A stretch of 64,000 bases of DNA from Podarcis liolepis (taxonomy: Eukaryota). The stretch lies in the NCBI GenBank assembly GCA_965112155.1, contig OZ218105.1. One strand, given 5' to 3'. The position numbers and the translations under genes were made by a program. Shown in pieces: positions 23,455 through 36,464 of this stretch (its first letter is position 1; each line of letters starts with the position of its first letter). Under the pieces are notes generated by a model. It made no database searches. It saw nothing but the letters and a program-made list of their open reading frames with translations, and was not told the DNA's origin.

Positions 23455-23556
23455 ATTTTGGTTGCTGGACTACAACTCTCATCATCCCTGGCCATTGGCC
23501 ATGGTTACTGGGGCTGATGAGAGTTGAAGTCCACCAACATCTGGAGGGCCACAGGG
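23455..23556. mobile_element. Hairpin hAT MITE family fragment (actacaactcccatcatccct...gggagttgtagtcc)
   Basis: Other copies at approx. 15070-15150, 24303-24435, 35975-36092, 46785-46910, 53345-53430. Confidence 0.7.
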
Positions 23557-24804
23557 AAACCAAACGTGTAATAGATCATTGCTTCTTTTTGCTGGAAAAG
23601 GCCACTTTGGCTCTAAAACTGTATGAGGACAGTTCTTTAATAAGTAAAGCTTTCCCCTGCTGCAGATAGTACAATCGTTGCTATAAAGGTGCCAAAGGCA
23701 CACAGGAGCCCTTCCACAAAATGGTGGTAGCTCTTACTCAGCATGACCATCTGTCTGTCCCTTATACATCATGCATTAATCAAAGAACAAATAGATCAAA
23801 GGGTATGATATAGAGTTCTGCTTTTGTACATGCTTTAAAAGATGTAAATTTAGATAAACAGCACATAACTGTTTGTGTGAGTGGTACAGTCACAGAAATG
23901 GAGGGGAGCGGACTTTGTTGAGATCCCAAGCCCTACTAAGAAATTTGCAAAGGAAATTTGCAAGTTGTGGTTTTTTGAGCTCAGAGGAAGCACCACAATG
24001 AGCAGTTATTTGCAAGAGTGAGTCGGCTCAAATATCATCTGAACTGGCTTTCAAATAAGGTTACTACCTCATCTTGGGAAATGCTACACCTCTCCAATTT
24101 CTGTCTATTTTGTAGCTTTCAAAGGCACAAAAGCCCTGCTGCAAGAAAAATATATTTCTAACAAGTGTCAGGATAGTAGTGTCTATATTTTGCTTAGTAT
24201 TTCAAAGATAAAATTGCTTCTATCTACTTCAGCTTAGATACAACAGCTACTGGAGAGGAGTCAAGGGATGTGTCTCGAGCCCCATCTAGTCATGTGTTAT
24301 GGTAGGGGTAGCCAACATGGTAACTTCCAGATATTGGTGGACTACAACGCCCATCATTCTTGAGCACTGGTCGCGCTGGGTGAGCCTCATTGGAGTTCCA
24401 GTGCAGCAATATCTAGAAGGCACAGTGTTGGCTGTTCTTTGTGTTATGGAGTGACTTTATGTCCTCACAATATGAGGATATGGAAAAGATGCTTGGAGGA
24501 CTGTGGCCTACCATATGTCTGCTCGACCTCTGCCCATCTTGGCTTGTAACAACGTTGACCTGGGGAGTGGAGAGGGGTTGTCTGGCTTGGCCCAGGATGT
24601 ATTAAATGAGAAGAGGCAGTTTTGAAACTTAATCTTAAAGAGCCTTCCTTAAGACTTCAAAGGCTGCAGAAAGTATTGGCTTGTTTTGTCACCCTCTTAG
24701 GCAAAGTGTTTAAGCAGGTGAGTACAGCCCTATGAATTCTCTTCTACAGGACCCCTCAGCCTGACTTCTGAGGTGATATGAATGGCAGCCAGAGGAGAGA
24801 AGGA

Positions 24805-25060
24805 GAGAAGACCTTCTCTGTTGTGGCACCCAGTTTATGGAACTCTCTCACTAAGGAAGCTTGCCTGGCATCTAATTTAATATCATTTCACAATCAGTGA
24901 ATATCTTTGTACTTTTCTGGTCTTTTACCACCTGGAAAGTTTTTATCACAAATGTTTGCTGCTGCCTTTATCTGGTTTAATCTGTTTTTGTTTGTTTTTT
25001 AACCATTTTTATTATACTTTGACTTGAGCTTTAACTTTTAAAATAATTGTAATACAGTAA
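24805..25060 (+). mobile_element. Degenerate L2 3' fragment
   Basis: Translates as EKTFSVVAPSLWNSL, matching the L2 ORF2 C-terminal AFS..AP.LWN.L motif. Confidence 0.65.
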
Positions 25061-25100
25061 AAAGCTGAAAAATACTTATTTCACTGGTTTACAGGTGCTA

Positions 25101-25449
25101 AAGGTAAAGGTACCCCTGCCCGTTCGGGCCAGTCTTGCCAGACTCTGGGGTTGTGCGCTCATCTCACTCTATAGGCCAGCGCTGTCCGCAGACACTTCCT
25201 GGTCACGTGGCCAGCGTGACAAGCTGCATCTGACGAGCCAGCGCAGCACACGGAACGCCGTTTACCTTCCCACTGGTAAGCGGTCCCTATTTATCTACTT
25301 GCACCCGGAGGTGCTTTCGAACTGCTAGGTTGGCAGATGCTGGGACCGAACGGCGGGAGCGCACCCTGCCACGGGGATTCGAACTGCCGACCGTGTGATC
25401 GGCAAGTCCTAGGCGCTGAGATTTTACCCACAGCGCCACCCGCGTCCCC
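25101..25449 (-). mobile_element. Full-length Sauria SINE
   Basis: Minus strand starts GGGGACGCGGGTGGCGCTGTGGGTAAAA, B-box-like GTTCGAATCC, ends in (ACCTTT)n; 12-bp TSD TTACAGGTGCTA at 25089-25100 and 25450-25461; CpG-rich (young). Confidence 0.93.
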
Positions 25450-25576
25450 TTACAGGTGCTAGGAATTTAAGAATTTGCATTGCCACTATTCATTCTAACT
25501 TTCTAATGTAATGCATACCACCTCTGATACATTGCATCCTTGATAATGCCACCAGAAAAATCTAAAAACATCCTGA

Positions 25577-25579
<3 letters not shown>

Positions 25580-25607
<28 letters not shown>
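25580..25607. repeat. (TG)n microsatellite
   Basis: Direct reading. Confidence 0.95.
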
Positions 25608-27087
25608 GTTTGCAAATATGGACAATTCACAATTGTCCACAGGGAACTGGCCACAGACCGCTAATTGAGACCACCCCTGCAGGGCAGAAATGTAGGGGTT
25701 TTGCTTTATAACCACGGGACTTGATCTAAAGCTGTTAAATCAATTAGAATACTTTCACTGATTTCAGTAGACCTCTGTTAAGATCATGTATAGGAAACTG
25801 AACTCAGAGAGAAATGTGTGGGCTGCTATGTAGTGTAATATATGTAATAAGCAGGATTGGTTTAATGTGCCACCCAACATAACTGCAGCCCATAATTTCA
25901 GGCAGGATATAATTTTACACACACACACACACACTGTCTGTTTGTTTCAGAATACTCCCCGATCCATATATTCATTATGCTCAAAAACAATAGTGAAATC
26001 CTATACATGCATATTGGAGGAAACCAAATCCAACAGGGCTTACTCTGTAGTAAATGTGCTTAGGGATTGCAGCCTATCAGTGTGGTGCATAGCTACTCAT
26101 ACAGTTGCCCCACTGAGTTCAGTGGGATTTAATAACAAGTGAAGGTGAATAGGATTACAATTTAAAATGTCCATTTTGGAACGTCAAAACCTCATCAATG
26201 TGATCAGATTTGGTCATCCTGATCAGATTTCATCATCCATTCTCAGTCATTCACCAGTTGCAGGATTTAGATTCTGACAATCTAAAATGAAACTGAAGGA
26301 AACTCTGCAAATTAGCACAATTTCTTATTAATACCGCAGCATAAAACAAGAGATGAAAACCATTCGAAAGGTAATACGTGCATAAATAAATGCACTGCAA
26401 CAGATGAAAAATCTTGTATAATTGGTTTCCAACCATCACATGTGTTGGAGCTTTCTTTCGTTCTAAGAAAAGATATGATTCTGCTAAGCGTTTTTAAGAC
26501 ATCCTGATTTAGTTAAAACTTCACTTTGCATAAAAAGAAAACTCAATGTACCATCATGTGAAAAATGCTTTCTAAACACTGAGAGGTGATGTCATATGCT
26601 ATTGTATGAGTCCAAGTATGTCTTGTGTTATCACCTAGTCCTAAGGAAAAGGTCATTGTTAATTTAACTTCTTAAACTTCCTGAGATTAATGAAATCAAC
26701 ATACGGTAGAGCTGAATTTCCTTTCACACCAGTTTAAACTAAGATTAAGGGCTCATTCGCACAACCAAACTCACTTGTCAAGATGTGGTTAACTGGATTA
26801 GCATTCTGCCCAGCTCAAAATTCAACATTTAGAGTGCCATCACAAAACATCTAAAGCAGGGGTTTACACTCAGGTCAGTTGTTTAAAATGGGAGCCTCAT
26901 GTCAAGTTTACTCTCTCTCCTTTAGACATTAAGACTTGCCCATAGGTCAACAATAGGATAAATGCTGTGTATGCAAAAGATTTCAGGAAGCAAGACAATT
27001 AAGTTATGGTAACAGAGGAGAAACCTCAACATAACACCATTGTTTTCAGTGGTAGCACCATCTCATGAATGCCATCAGCTAGGCACC

Positions 27088-27885
27088 AGCTAAACTGGTG
27101 ACTGGGAGCAGCCACCAGGATCATATACCACTGGTCCTAAAAGATGTACATTGGTTCCCAGTATGTTTCTGAGCACAATTCAAAGTGTTGGTGTTGACCT
27201 TTAAAGCCCTAAACAGCCTTGACCCAGTATACCTGTCAGGGTCTGGGCAGAGGAGGAATGGTGGAGACCGCCTCCCCACCCTGACCCTTCCAGGGAGGAG
27301 GAAGAGGAAGACAGTATAGACTTACAAAAGTGGTTTGCGGGAGGTCAGAGTTCAGTGGCAGATGAGGGGGAAAGTTGGGAAATAATGAGAGAGAAGGAGG
27401 AGAAAGAAGCCAGGCAACAGTGCCATTATCCAAGAGGCTGGGTTCTATAGCCTCTCTCTAATTATTGGGGGGGGGGGGGGAGATGGTAAGAAACCTTCCC
27501 TTGTCTTTATACTTTCCTGGGCAACTAGCCGGGAGCCACTGACAGCATCCTGACAATACCTGAAGGAGTGTCTCCATCTCCATTGTTCAGCCCAGACACT
27601 GAAATCCAGCACCAAGGGCCTTCTGGTAATTCCCTCATTGTGAGAAGTGAAGTTACAGGGAACCATGCAGAGGGCCTTCTATCCACCCTGTGGAACATCA
27701 GATGTCAAGGAAATAAACAACTATTTGACTTTTAGGAAATGTCTGAAAGCAGCCTTTATAAGGAAGTTTTAAATGTTTGATGTTTTATTGTGTTTTTAAT
27801 ATTTTGTTGGGAACTGCCCAGAGTGGCTGGGGAAACCCAGTCGGATGAGCAGCATGTTGTTGCTGCTGCTGTTGTTGTTGTTATG
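27088..27885 (+). mobile_element. L2 LINE 3' portion interrupted by a solo LTR
   Basis: Translates HIPLVLKDVHWFPVCF*AQFKVLVLTFKALNSLDPVYL and resumes KECLH after 27560; colinear with 62955-63392. Confidence 0.9.
27234..27555 (+). mobile_element. Solo LTR, 322 bp (Gypsy-like, possibly internally deleted)
   Basis: TGTCAGG...CCTGACA 7-bp inverted termini; exact 5-bp TSD ATACC at 27229-27233 and 27556-27560; removing it restores the L2; strand inferred from the open frame only. Confidence 0.88.
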
Positions 27886-28771
27886 TAGCTCTACCCTGAG
27901 TTGGAGCACCAGAATAAAGGCGGACTCACTTTTTGAACTGGGCAGTCCTATTGCTTCATCACATGGCTAGCTGCAGTGCAACACTTTGACCAGAACACCA
28001 AAATACCTAACCTGGAGAGAAGATCCAGATCTACCATGTGAAAATTCAGACAATACTGTCAGATATTAATATGTTTTTGTGGTAACTATGGCCAAGATAG
28101 TTGCTTAAATATGGCAAAGGTTTCCCTAGCAGAAAAGACAGTCCTTCTTCCCTTAATTCTCACTGATTATAATGAAGCAAAACAATCAGAGATTTTGAAA
28201 AGCTAAACTACAGCTGTGCCATACAGGTTAATAGGCTAAGACACTCTGATTCACTGCCCACATGGCCTATGTTCAGTGAATCTCATTAGCTGTTTTATTT
28301 TTACCACATTCTAGCTGTCAGTTGTGCTTCTGGACAAATGGCTCTTTTCCAAGATGATGATGGGCTAGAATATAAGTCCACAAAATTTCCTTCCTTTCCT
28401 TTGACCTAATCAAACTGCACCTTCACAAGTATGTATTTATCTCCTACAACAAATCGTTGAAGTACAGTCTAAATGTTTGCTACTAATGGAAACCTCCCTG
28501 AGACTAGAGCTACATGCTTCCCCAAGTAAAATTAATGATGATTATTGTATTTTGCTTGTTTGTTTGCTTTATTCTACTTAAGTTTTTTCAGGCCCAGAAA
28601 TTGAAAATTACAAGTGGGATGCAGGAACTCTTACAAGGAAAGGAAAGACTAGCACTCCTCTGACAATGCTCTCATTGTTCCAACTGATTTTATTTTATTT
28701 CTGAGTGTCTCACAATACACTGGGAAAGAATTCCAGAACTATTTTGTACTTCCACAAATCTTATAGATCTA

Positions 28772-29356
28772 CCGTATTTTTTGCCCTATAGGACGCACCG
28801 GCCCATAGGACGCACCTAGCTTTTTGGGGGGGAAATCAAGGGGGGGGGATTTATTTTTCCCCAGGTTTGTGCAGCCATCCCCAAGCTAGAAGAGGGAGAC
28901 GGAGCACCCCGTCTCCCTCTTCTGCCTTCAGGGACAACCTCTCTAGCCTCCGTGGGGCAGCGGCTTGCCCCGCTGTCCCCCGAGCTTATAGGGCTGGCGA
29001 TGGGGAGAAGCAAGCTTGCTTCTCCCCCCCCCCCCGCCAGCCTCCACATCAGGTCAGGGAATAGCGGGGTGACGGCGCTCCGCCTCCCCACTATCCCCCG
29101 AGCTTGTGGGGCTGGCGATGGGGAGGAGCAAGCTTGCTTCTCCCCCCCCCCCCCGCCAGCCTCCAGATCAGGTCGGGGAATAGCGGGGTGGCGGTGCTCC
29201 GCCTCCCCACTATCCCCCGAGCTTGTGGGCTGCAGGCTGCTGCCCGTAAGCTTTGCGAGCCGGCGGGACCTCCTGCATTCGCCCCATAGGACGCACACAC
29301 ATTTCCCCTTCATTTTCGGAGGGGAAAAAGTGCGTCCTATAGGGCGAAAAATACGG
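28772..29356 (+). mobile_element. Tc1/mariner superfamily (Tc2-like, CCGTATTT TIR) MITE with internal ~119-bp tandem repeat
   Basis: 27-bp TIR ccgtatttttYgccctataggacgcac; TA TSD; GC-rich unit repeated about 2.15 times at ~28977-29232. Confidence 0.92.
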
Positions 29357-31226
29357 TATATCTATAGCTATATACACATGAATGCTTTGAATTTTATTTC
29401 TGTCCTGGGTGCAGACTATTTAATCCTAGATCAACTATGACAGTGATTGCCACCATTTCGACTGGTTATCCCTTTTTATAACTAAAAAGCATCTTGTTGT
29501 GAATGCAGTATGTGGCAGAGAAAGCAGTCGTTGTTTACTCAAATGAGCATCCTTAGAAATATGTCTGATTAAGTCAAATGATCTGGTGGAAAAACATTAC
29601 CCTCTTCTTATGAATGGCCACAGACTTACGTAATACTGGTCGCCACTTAGCATGTTATTCCATAGGGCATGTATTTGTCCCATTGCATGCTTTGTCCCAT
29701 TGCTTTTTTATTTCATTTCATATGATCTGTTAGTACTCTGTGTATTTTCTTTATTTAGGCATTTATATGCCACTTTCCTGCCAAACAAATGGCCCTCAAA
29801 GTATGTAAGACACTCAATATTATGACATCACATATGATAAGCATCACATGAGCCACTCAGTCTAAAGCTGTCTGCTGCTAGCTGATCTTACATTTTTAAA
29901 GATGTTTTAATTACCGTCTGTGAGATCTACACTGGAAGATACCAAGTGTTGCTGCAGCAAAATCTCCATTAACCCAGCTGAAATGAAAAAGGGTTGCATG
30001 GTGGCACAGTTTGGTGGAACTATACTGTTGATGTAATAGAAAATAATTCTTGGCCACAGATGTGGTTGCAGAGCACATGTAACTGACACACAACATCATT
30101 TACGAAGGCTTCAATACCTTTTACACTGTCCATCCTTTTCTGTATCTATAAAATATTTTTCAAAAGTATAAGGTGGGGTGGTTAAAGAGAAAGTATTGAA
30201 CACACACACACACTTTCACAAATTTATGCAAGTCTCCACTTGCGGATATTCTAATATTCATGCCTATAAATACTTAAACTGAGGCTATCAGGAAGAACTA
30301 CCGTTTCTGTCCTGTTAATGAATTATTTTCTGGTTAAATTGTATCTCACTGCAATGGAATCTGATCACCTGCTTCAATGCAAAAGTCACATGGGGGGAGA
30401 AAAACCCTGCTGAGTTGAACTAATAAAGGAGAACATGTACTCAAAAGCATGAACATGAATTAATAAAGGTGAACAAAAGCCCAAATGGAAATTTCAAAAG
30501 GGCCTAAGTTAAACAGAAATGGGTGGCTTATATGCCTTTAGATATTAAAATGCAGTTCAGCCTCTGTTTTGTTTTCTATTTAAACAAAAACACTTAAAAT
30601 GTATATTGAAATATGCCAAAACCTTTTCACATTTGTTGAATGGAGCCTATTCTCACAGATGCCTCAATCATTCTCTGTGCAGAGAGTTGTATCCACACGG
30701 TGCTCACTAGATGTGTGGGCTTACCAAAAGAGAAGTATGAGCTGAAGTGGTGTGGATAAAGGGAAAGGCAAAGACAGAAGATAAGGGACGGTGAATGTGC
30801 AGATTTCCTAGAATAGATATAATCAAGACTAGGAGTGGGTAGATTGGGATCTATAGCTCTGGGCAATTTGTAGTAGAGCAGCAAAGAGCAACTCCCCCTT
30901 CTAAATCAAGTTATTAGAATCCATGATCTGTGGTAACTTAGATGAAATCCCAATACAAGGCTCATAGGGTGCATTAGGAGTATATGCTAGACATCTTGAG
31001 CCAATATACTGGTTCTAGTGCCAGCACCACCACTAGTCCACATGCACATACATTTTCTACATGACTCCCATTGGTAAAAAAAGGGGGGACACCTAGGTGG
31101 ATCCCACAAGCCTTACATCCTCCCATGCTTCATCTAAACATTCAGGAGGACTGATGGATGAACAAAAGTAGAAGAGATTGATAGCTGGATGTTTGGGCTT
31201 CCAAGCAATATCAACATTGCAAAGAC

Positions 31227-31364
31227 AGCCATTGATAGCCTATGTCTAAGTCTCTTACAGAGCCATCCAAGTTGTCGGCCATCACTACCTCTTATGGGAG
31301 TGAATTCCATACTTTAACCATGTGCTGCATGAAGAAGTACTTTCTTCTGGTTGTCCAGAATCTT
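31227..31364 (-). mobile_element. Old CR1 fragment
   Basis: gccatccaagttgtcggccatcactac...gaattccatactttaaccatgtgctgcatgaagaagtactt is antisense to a CR1 ORF2 C-terminal region. Confidence 0.65.
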
Positions 31365-34300
31365 ACAGTTTATATACTGCTTAATGCCAGTATAGGCTTA
31401 TACTGTAAGAGGTTTACAAGTATAAAGATCAGTTACACAAACAATTAGAGTCTTAGACAAACATGTCTTTCACAGGGACACCCATCCTTGTTCGTCAAGT
31501 TCATTTCCTTTGTTTTGATTCAGTTCAATCTACTACTATTATTATTATTAATTATTATTATTATTATACCCCACCCATCTAGCTGCTACAAGACATTGGA
31601 TCAATAGGCCCAAGAAACTATTACACTGATTCCTCCAAAACCTCCACCCTGAAAGATCAGGTGTTGTAAGCAGAAGTCCCAAATCTGTTTATTTCCCCAA
31701 GTCTGGCACCTTACACATGGTTTTATGCTTTTACAACAACAAAAATATTTTTAAAGGCTGCCCAGTTTACAGCCTTAAAATAAAGGTTTTCTTGAGAATG
31801 CCATTCTTTGTTGTTTTCAGAATAAAAGATTAAGGTTAATAAATTAGACTGAAAGTAAAACACTAAAGAATATACAGAAACAGAATATCATACCTGCTGC
31901 ATTTGTGAATTATTAGACACTTAAACGACTATATCCCAGCACCATCAGTGATATCCTTTATTTACCCTTAAGGCGCTTGGCAGCTGCTAAATGGCTGTCT
32001 ATGGCAGTTTGGTGGAAACAATAATAATACATTATAAATCAATGAAAATGAAGTTTTTGCCGTGATAATCTGATATAGATTTGCTAACATTTGTATGAAA
32101 TTCAATTCTGTTTGATTGCATCAGCATATGTTTCATTTCTTCCAGCACTATTGATTTTGAAGGTTCTTATCCATATGTCTAAATTATTTCAGTTATATCT
32201 TTGCATGACTGTTTGGAAATAACCTGGATCATGTGGAATCATTTGTTCTATTTACAGGCTTCTTATAATCCGGTTAGCCAACTAATGAAATCTGGGTTGT
32301 GCCTCAGAGAGAGAAGGAGGGGAAAGTATCTTCAAAAACACCTCTTGAAGTTTATAGATACCTGCCAGTGTTCCTGGAAAATTAAAACTGCCTCTGTTTT
32401 TTCAACCCTAACAAAGACAAACTTCGAAACATAGGGACTATAATCACACTTACTTAAGATAACATGGCATTTCTAAAATCCTGTCCTCTAATAGCTGGTG
32501 AAATGGGTAGCTACCATTTTTAATGAACACATTTAATAGTCAGATCAGATAGATAGACATAACTAGATTAGCAATAAACTACTTGCATTAACCACTGAGA
32601 AGTAAACAGCAACACATTCAGTCAGGCTGATGCTCAAGTATCTATGTTTAGGATTTCAGCCTAAAGCAAACAGCCTAAATGGGAACTGACATTTAAAGAA
32701 GAAACCTACAGAACAGATGCTATGTTGTTGTTTTTACTTTCCTCCTAAATGAGCAGATGTAGCAGGGTTTTTTCAGGAATGGCACAACCAGGGGACACCA
32801 CGGAAAAAGCCCTGCTCCTAGTACAGGACAATTGATAGTGGCATGTAAACTGCGTGACAAGAGTAAGGCAAGAGAATACCAGGGAATACAAAACAATGCC
32901 AAAGTCTCTTTCTCTGAAAAAGAGGCTTAGTTACCAACTGAAGTAGGTGTTCATGAGGGTGTGTGTCAATGATGTGTACTTCCTGAATTACAAGACAGAT
33001 GAGGTGAGCTGAATGCCTGAGTTGGATTGTGTCATTAACGAGGCGTCTCAAGTCAGATCAAGCATTCCCTGAACTCCCAAGGTGCTCCGTGGGCTTGGAT
33101 CTTTAAAGTTATGGTTGCATTATTTCTTTAAAAATAAAAAAGCAAAACCTAGATTACTAGGGAAATGTCCTGAGTTCAAGTGGGGAACGGCTGGCATGGT
33201 GGGTTTGTCTGTTTTGATGGAAAGGTCTAGGCTTTAATCACAGTGAATTATTTTCCCAGGATACTCCAAACACAGTGATTTGAGGGAGGGATATGGACAC
33301 TGTTTTTGTTTTTCACATGGGTCTAGGCCTTCCTCTGTTCAAGTCAACAGAGAGATCTTGGGGAAACTGAGTCCTTGCTGAAAAGAATGACATTTCCTCT
33401 ACCTCTGTGTTATTTCTCCTCTACACACCCACCCCTCATCCCTGATGCAACTGTGATGTGATTTATGAAGTGAGTACAAAGTCCTTTGGTGTTTTTTTCC
33501 AAGGTACTCTGTTAAAAAACAAACAAAAACAGGGGTGTTTGCAATGTATAACATCTAAAACACTAGTGAATTTGCAGGTGATATATTAGTTGGTGTAGTA
33601 GAGTGGCGGGCTTTATGTTTTTTTTACTGCTTTTAAATGTGACAGTTACCCTAACATAATCACAGGTGGAACAATGACTAGAGTCATAATGTTGAGATCC
33701 AGGCTTAATGATTGGTATTTTTAATTTGGTTCTAACATATATATTTTTTGTAGATTAGGAGGCTGGCAGAAAGCACTGTTTTTGATGGCTTTTTTGAGGC
33801 ACTGAGCGCTGGCTTTCAATGACAGTTCTCCCTAATAGCGAGGTGGTCGGTTGGAGAAGACGGCTGAAAATCAACCATAAAAGGGATGCAGTTGTTCTGT
33901 TTTATATTGTATCTGGAACTGTTCAGAAGGATTCTCTGGGCAGAGCAGATGCTCACTGGAAGCGATGACAAATGACAGAAAGACAATTATGGTAGATAAT
34001 TTTGTGAGTCCCAGATATTGGAGGGGAAACAATCTGCAGCAGGCTTGTGCCAACACATGGCAGGAAGGGGCACAGTGTCATGACAGGATGGAGCTAGCAT
34101 GCTTGCCCCCTGTGTCCCCTTCTTTGTGTGAGGGACATAACACCTGAAGAGGGCTTGTTTCATCAGCCATTTCCTGCTCTCAGACATTACTGTGAATGAC
34201 CTTCATTTTCCTTGGCAGCAAAGCTTCACTGAGTGTTGTGATGTTCAGTTGTTTTAAACATAACTTATTAAAGTTTCTAGCCCTCATGGTCCTAATGAGA

Positions 34301-36149
34301 ATTTCAAAGATGTCTGCAGCTCTGAAAGCAAGGAGCACTTGGATTAGTGAAGTTTTGCTCTGCCTGACTCCTACATTCTGTTTCCCCTGCCCCTGTCGTT
34401 CTTTTTTAGCTCTACTTTTTCTGTAAAGTTTCTGTAAAGTTGAACCATATTAATATGGAAAAGGGAAGATTAATCACAGAGCACATATCCCTTCAAGAAT
34501 GAGACTAGGAAGCAACACCCTTTGGCATCTACTTACACATTATATTAAATGTGTGGTGTGCAGCGGCAGCAGTGTGGTTTTTGTTGTTGTTGTTTTAAGT
34601 TCTAATGGTAATTGTCATGAGAAGCTGGGACTCCCATAGGCATTGCAGTTGGGCACAGAAGGGTTAAAGCTCCTGTTCCAACAAAGTTGTGCTCCCAATG
34701 AAAATTGGAGGCCTCCCAAACTTAATTTAAAAACAGAAATTAAAAAATAGATGTGCTGTGTATTTAATGTAATGTGTTGTTAGGCGTCATGTTTTCTGTG
34801 TTGATCACTTTAACAGGGGGGGGGTGCCTATGGATGAGAATGTGATCCGGAATGCAGTGTATATAAGGATTTCAGGATGCTTTGGGTTAATCACAAGCTC
34901 GTCCACCCCAAGACTTACACTACACGTTTTAATGTTGCCACCCTGGGCTCCCTTGTGAGGAAGGGCAGGAAGGAACTATAAAAATAAAATTCTGCATCTG
35001 CAAAGCTTAATCTGAATGCAGATTCTTATTTCTAAAAGTCCTGTGCCTCAGAACATGAGGAGGAGCTCTTGAATTGCTGAAAGCTAAAGTTTCCAGAAGA
35101 TCTGTACAAATTCCTTGGTATGTACGGTATATCAGAAGTAAAGTGCACTGAGTTCAGTGGGACTCACTTCCTGGCAAGATCTAGGCATGCTGGAGTGGTG
35201 AACAACCTCTATTCCAAGCTATTCCAGCCTTTGGGGTTGCTGTGTACCAGGTACCCAGGTTTCCCATTGCTTTCCCAGTGTAGCAACTCCCTGATGGCAG
35301 TCACTGCCCATTTTAAGAGAGTGCAGCCCATGAGTCAAAAGCTCAGTCTGCTGGTCATAAGGAAGCATATGCAACCTGTTGATAACATGGCCATAGTAAG
35401 TTCTTTCTGCTTCTATATATGCAGCATTCCAGTTGTCTGGTTCCAGCATTTAAAGTTCAGCCTGCCTCCCTTCTCAAATGTCTTTGTCACTGTGATAAAC
35501 TGAACTACAGCTGACTCTCTCTATAAAAACTCTTTAGTTAGAAAAATCTTTTAAATTAAAAAGTTAGTGGAAGCTTAAATCTTCTCAGGTTTAAAACGAA
35601 CAGTCCACTATGTAGAATGATCTTATCTTAGAAAACTTTAGAAATAAAAAAAGCCATTTAAAAAAAATTCAAATGAAACATCACATCAGGAATACTGTTG
35701 GTAAATGCAAGAGTGCCTTAGTACTTGAGCTTAAATGGCAAAATACATTGAGGTGACCTACTCTGAAAGCTCTTGTCATATATTTGGAAGTGCTGAAATT
35801 CAGCCTAGGATTCCCTTCTACCTTTAAAAACATTTTTAAAGGCACACAACACAAAATATGAAAGAGCATCAAATTATTCACAGTGTTGTAATAAACTCCA
35901 CAACTCAACCCCTGCAAAATGCAAGAGCCTAATAACTGAAGTTATTACCTACTCATCTTAGGTGCAGCTATAAAACCTGTGCCCCTCCAGTTGACTAGAA
36001 TTCCAATTATCCCATCCCTAGCCCTGCTGGCTAGGCATGATGGGATTTGGAGTCCAGCAACATCTGAAGGGCCACAGGTTCTTCAACCCTGATTTAAGAC
36101 TTGTGCAATAGTGGCTAGATCTGCTTTTTCCAGGAAGGGGCACAGTCCT

Positions 36150-36345
36150 AGATGTCAAAGAGATAAAACAATTATACGACCTTCCGGGGACATCTGAAGG
36201 CAGCCCTATATGTGGAAGCTTTTAATGTTTGATGTTTAGTTATGCTTTCTTATATTCTGTTGGAAGCCGCCCAGAGTGGCTGGGGCAACCCAGTCAAATG
36301 GGTGGGGTACAAAAAATTAATTATTATGATTAATAATATTATTAT
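36150..36345 (+). mobile_element. L2 3' end
   Basis: agatgtcaaagagataaa...gccgcccagagtggctggggcaacccag; same family as 62955-63392. Confidence 0.85.
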
Positions 36346-36411
36346 TGCTAGGCATTCAGATGTAACGCAGGATCCAGGCACACTGACAGACTGCAAAATC
36401 CTGCATTCATT

Positions 36412-36412
36412 G

Positions 36413-36443
<31 letters not shown>

Positions 36444-36464
36444 CTGATGGGTGGGTGGGTGGGT
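36412..36464. repeat. (TGAT)n microsatellite running into (GGGT)4
   Basis: Direct reading. Confidence 0.9.

Noticed and set aside
24701-24717. 17-nt plus-strand segment between a pyrimidine-rich AG and GTGAGT
   Set aside because: Frame-shifting length and apparently within a decayed antisense L2 remnant.
28816-29440. Overlapping 162-165 aa ORFs on both strands
   Set aside because: Produced by the GC-rich tandem interior of a MITE; no transposase or host-protein motifs.
29626-29633. Perfect D-box TTACGTAA (possible circadian module with 19727 and 56381)
   Set aside because: Isolated 8-mers many kb apart; roughly chance frequency.
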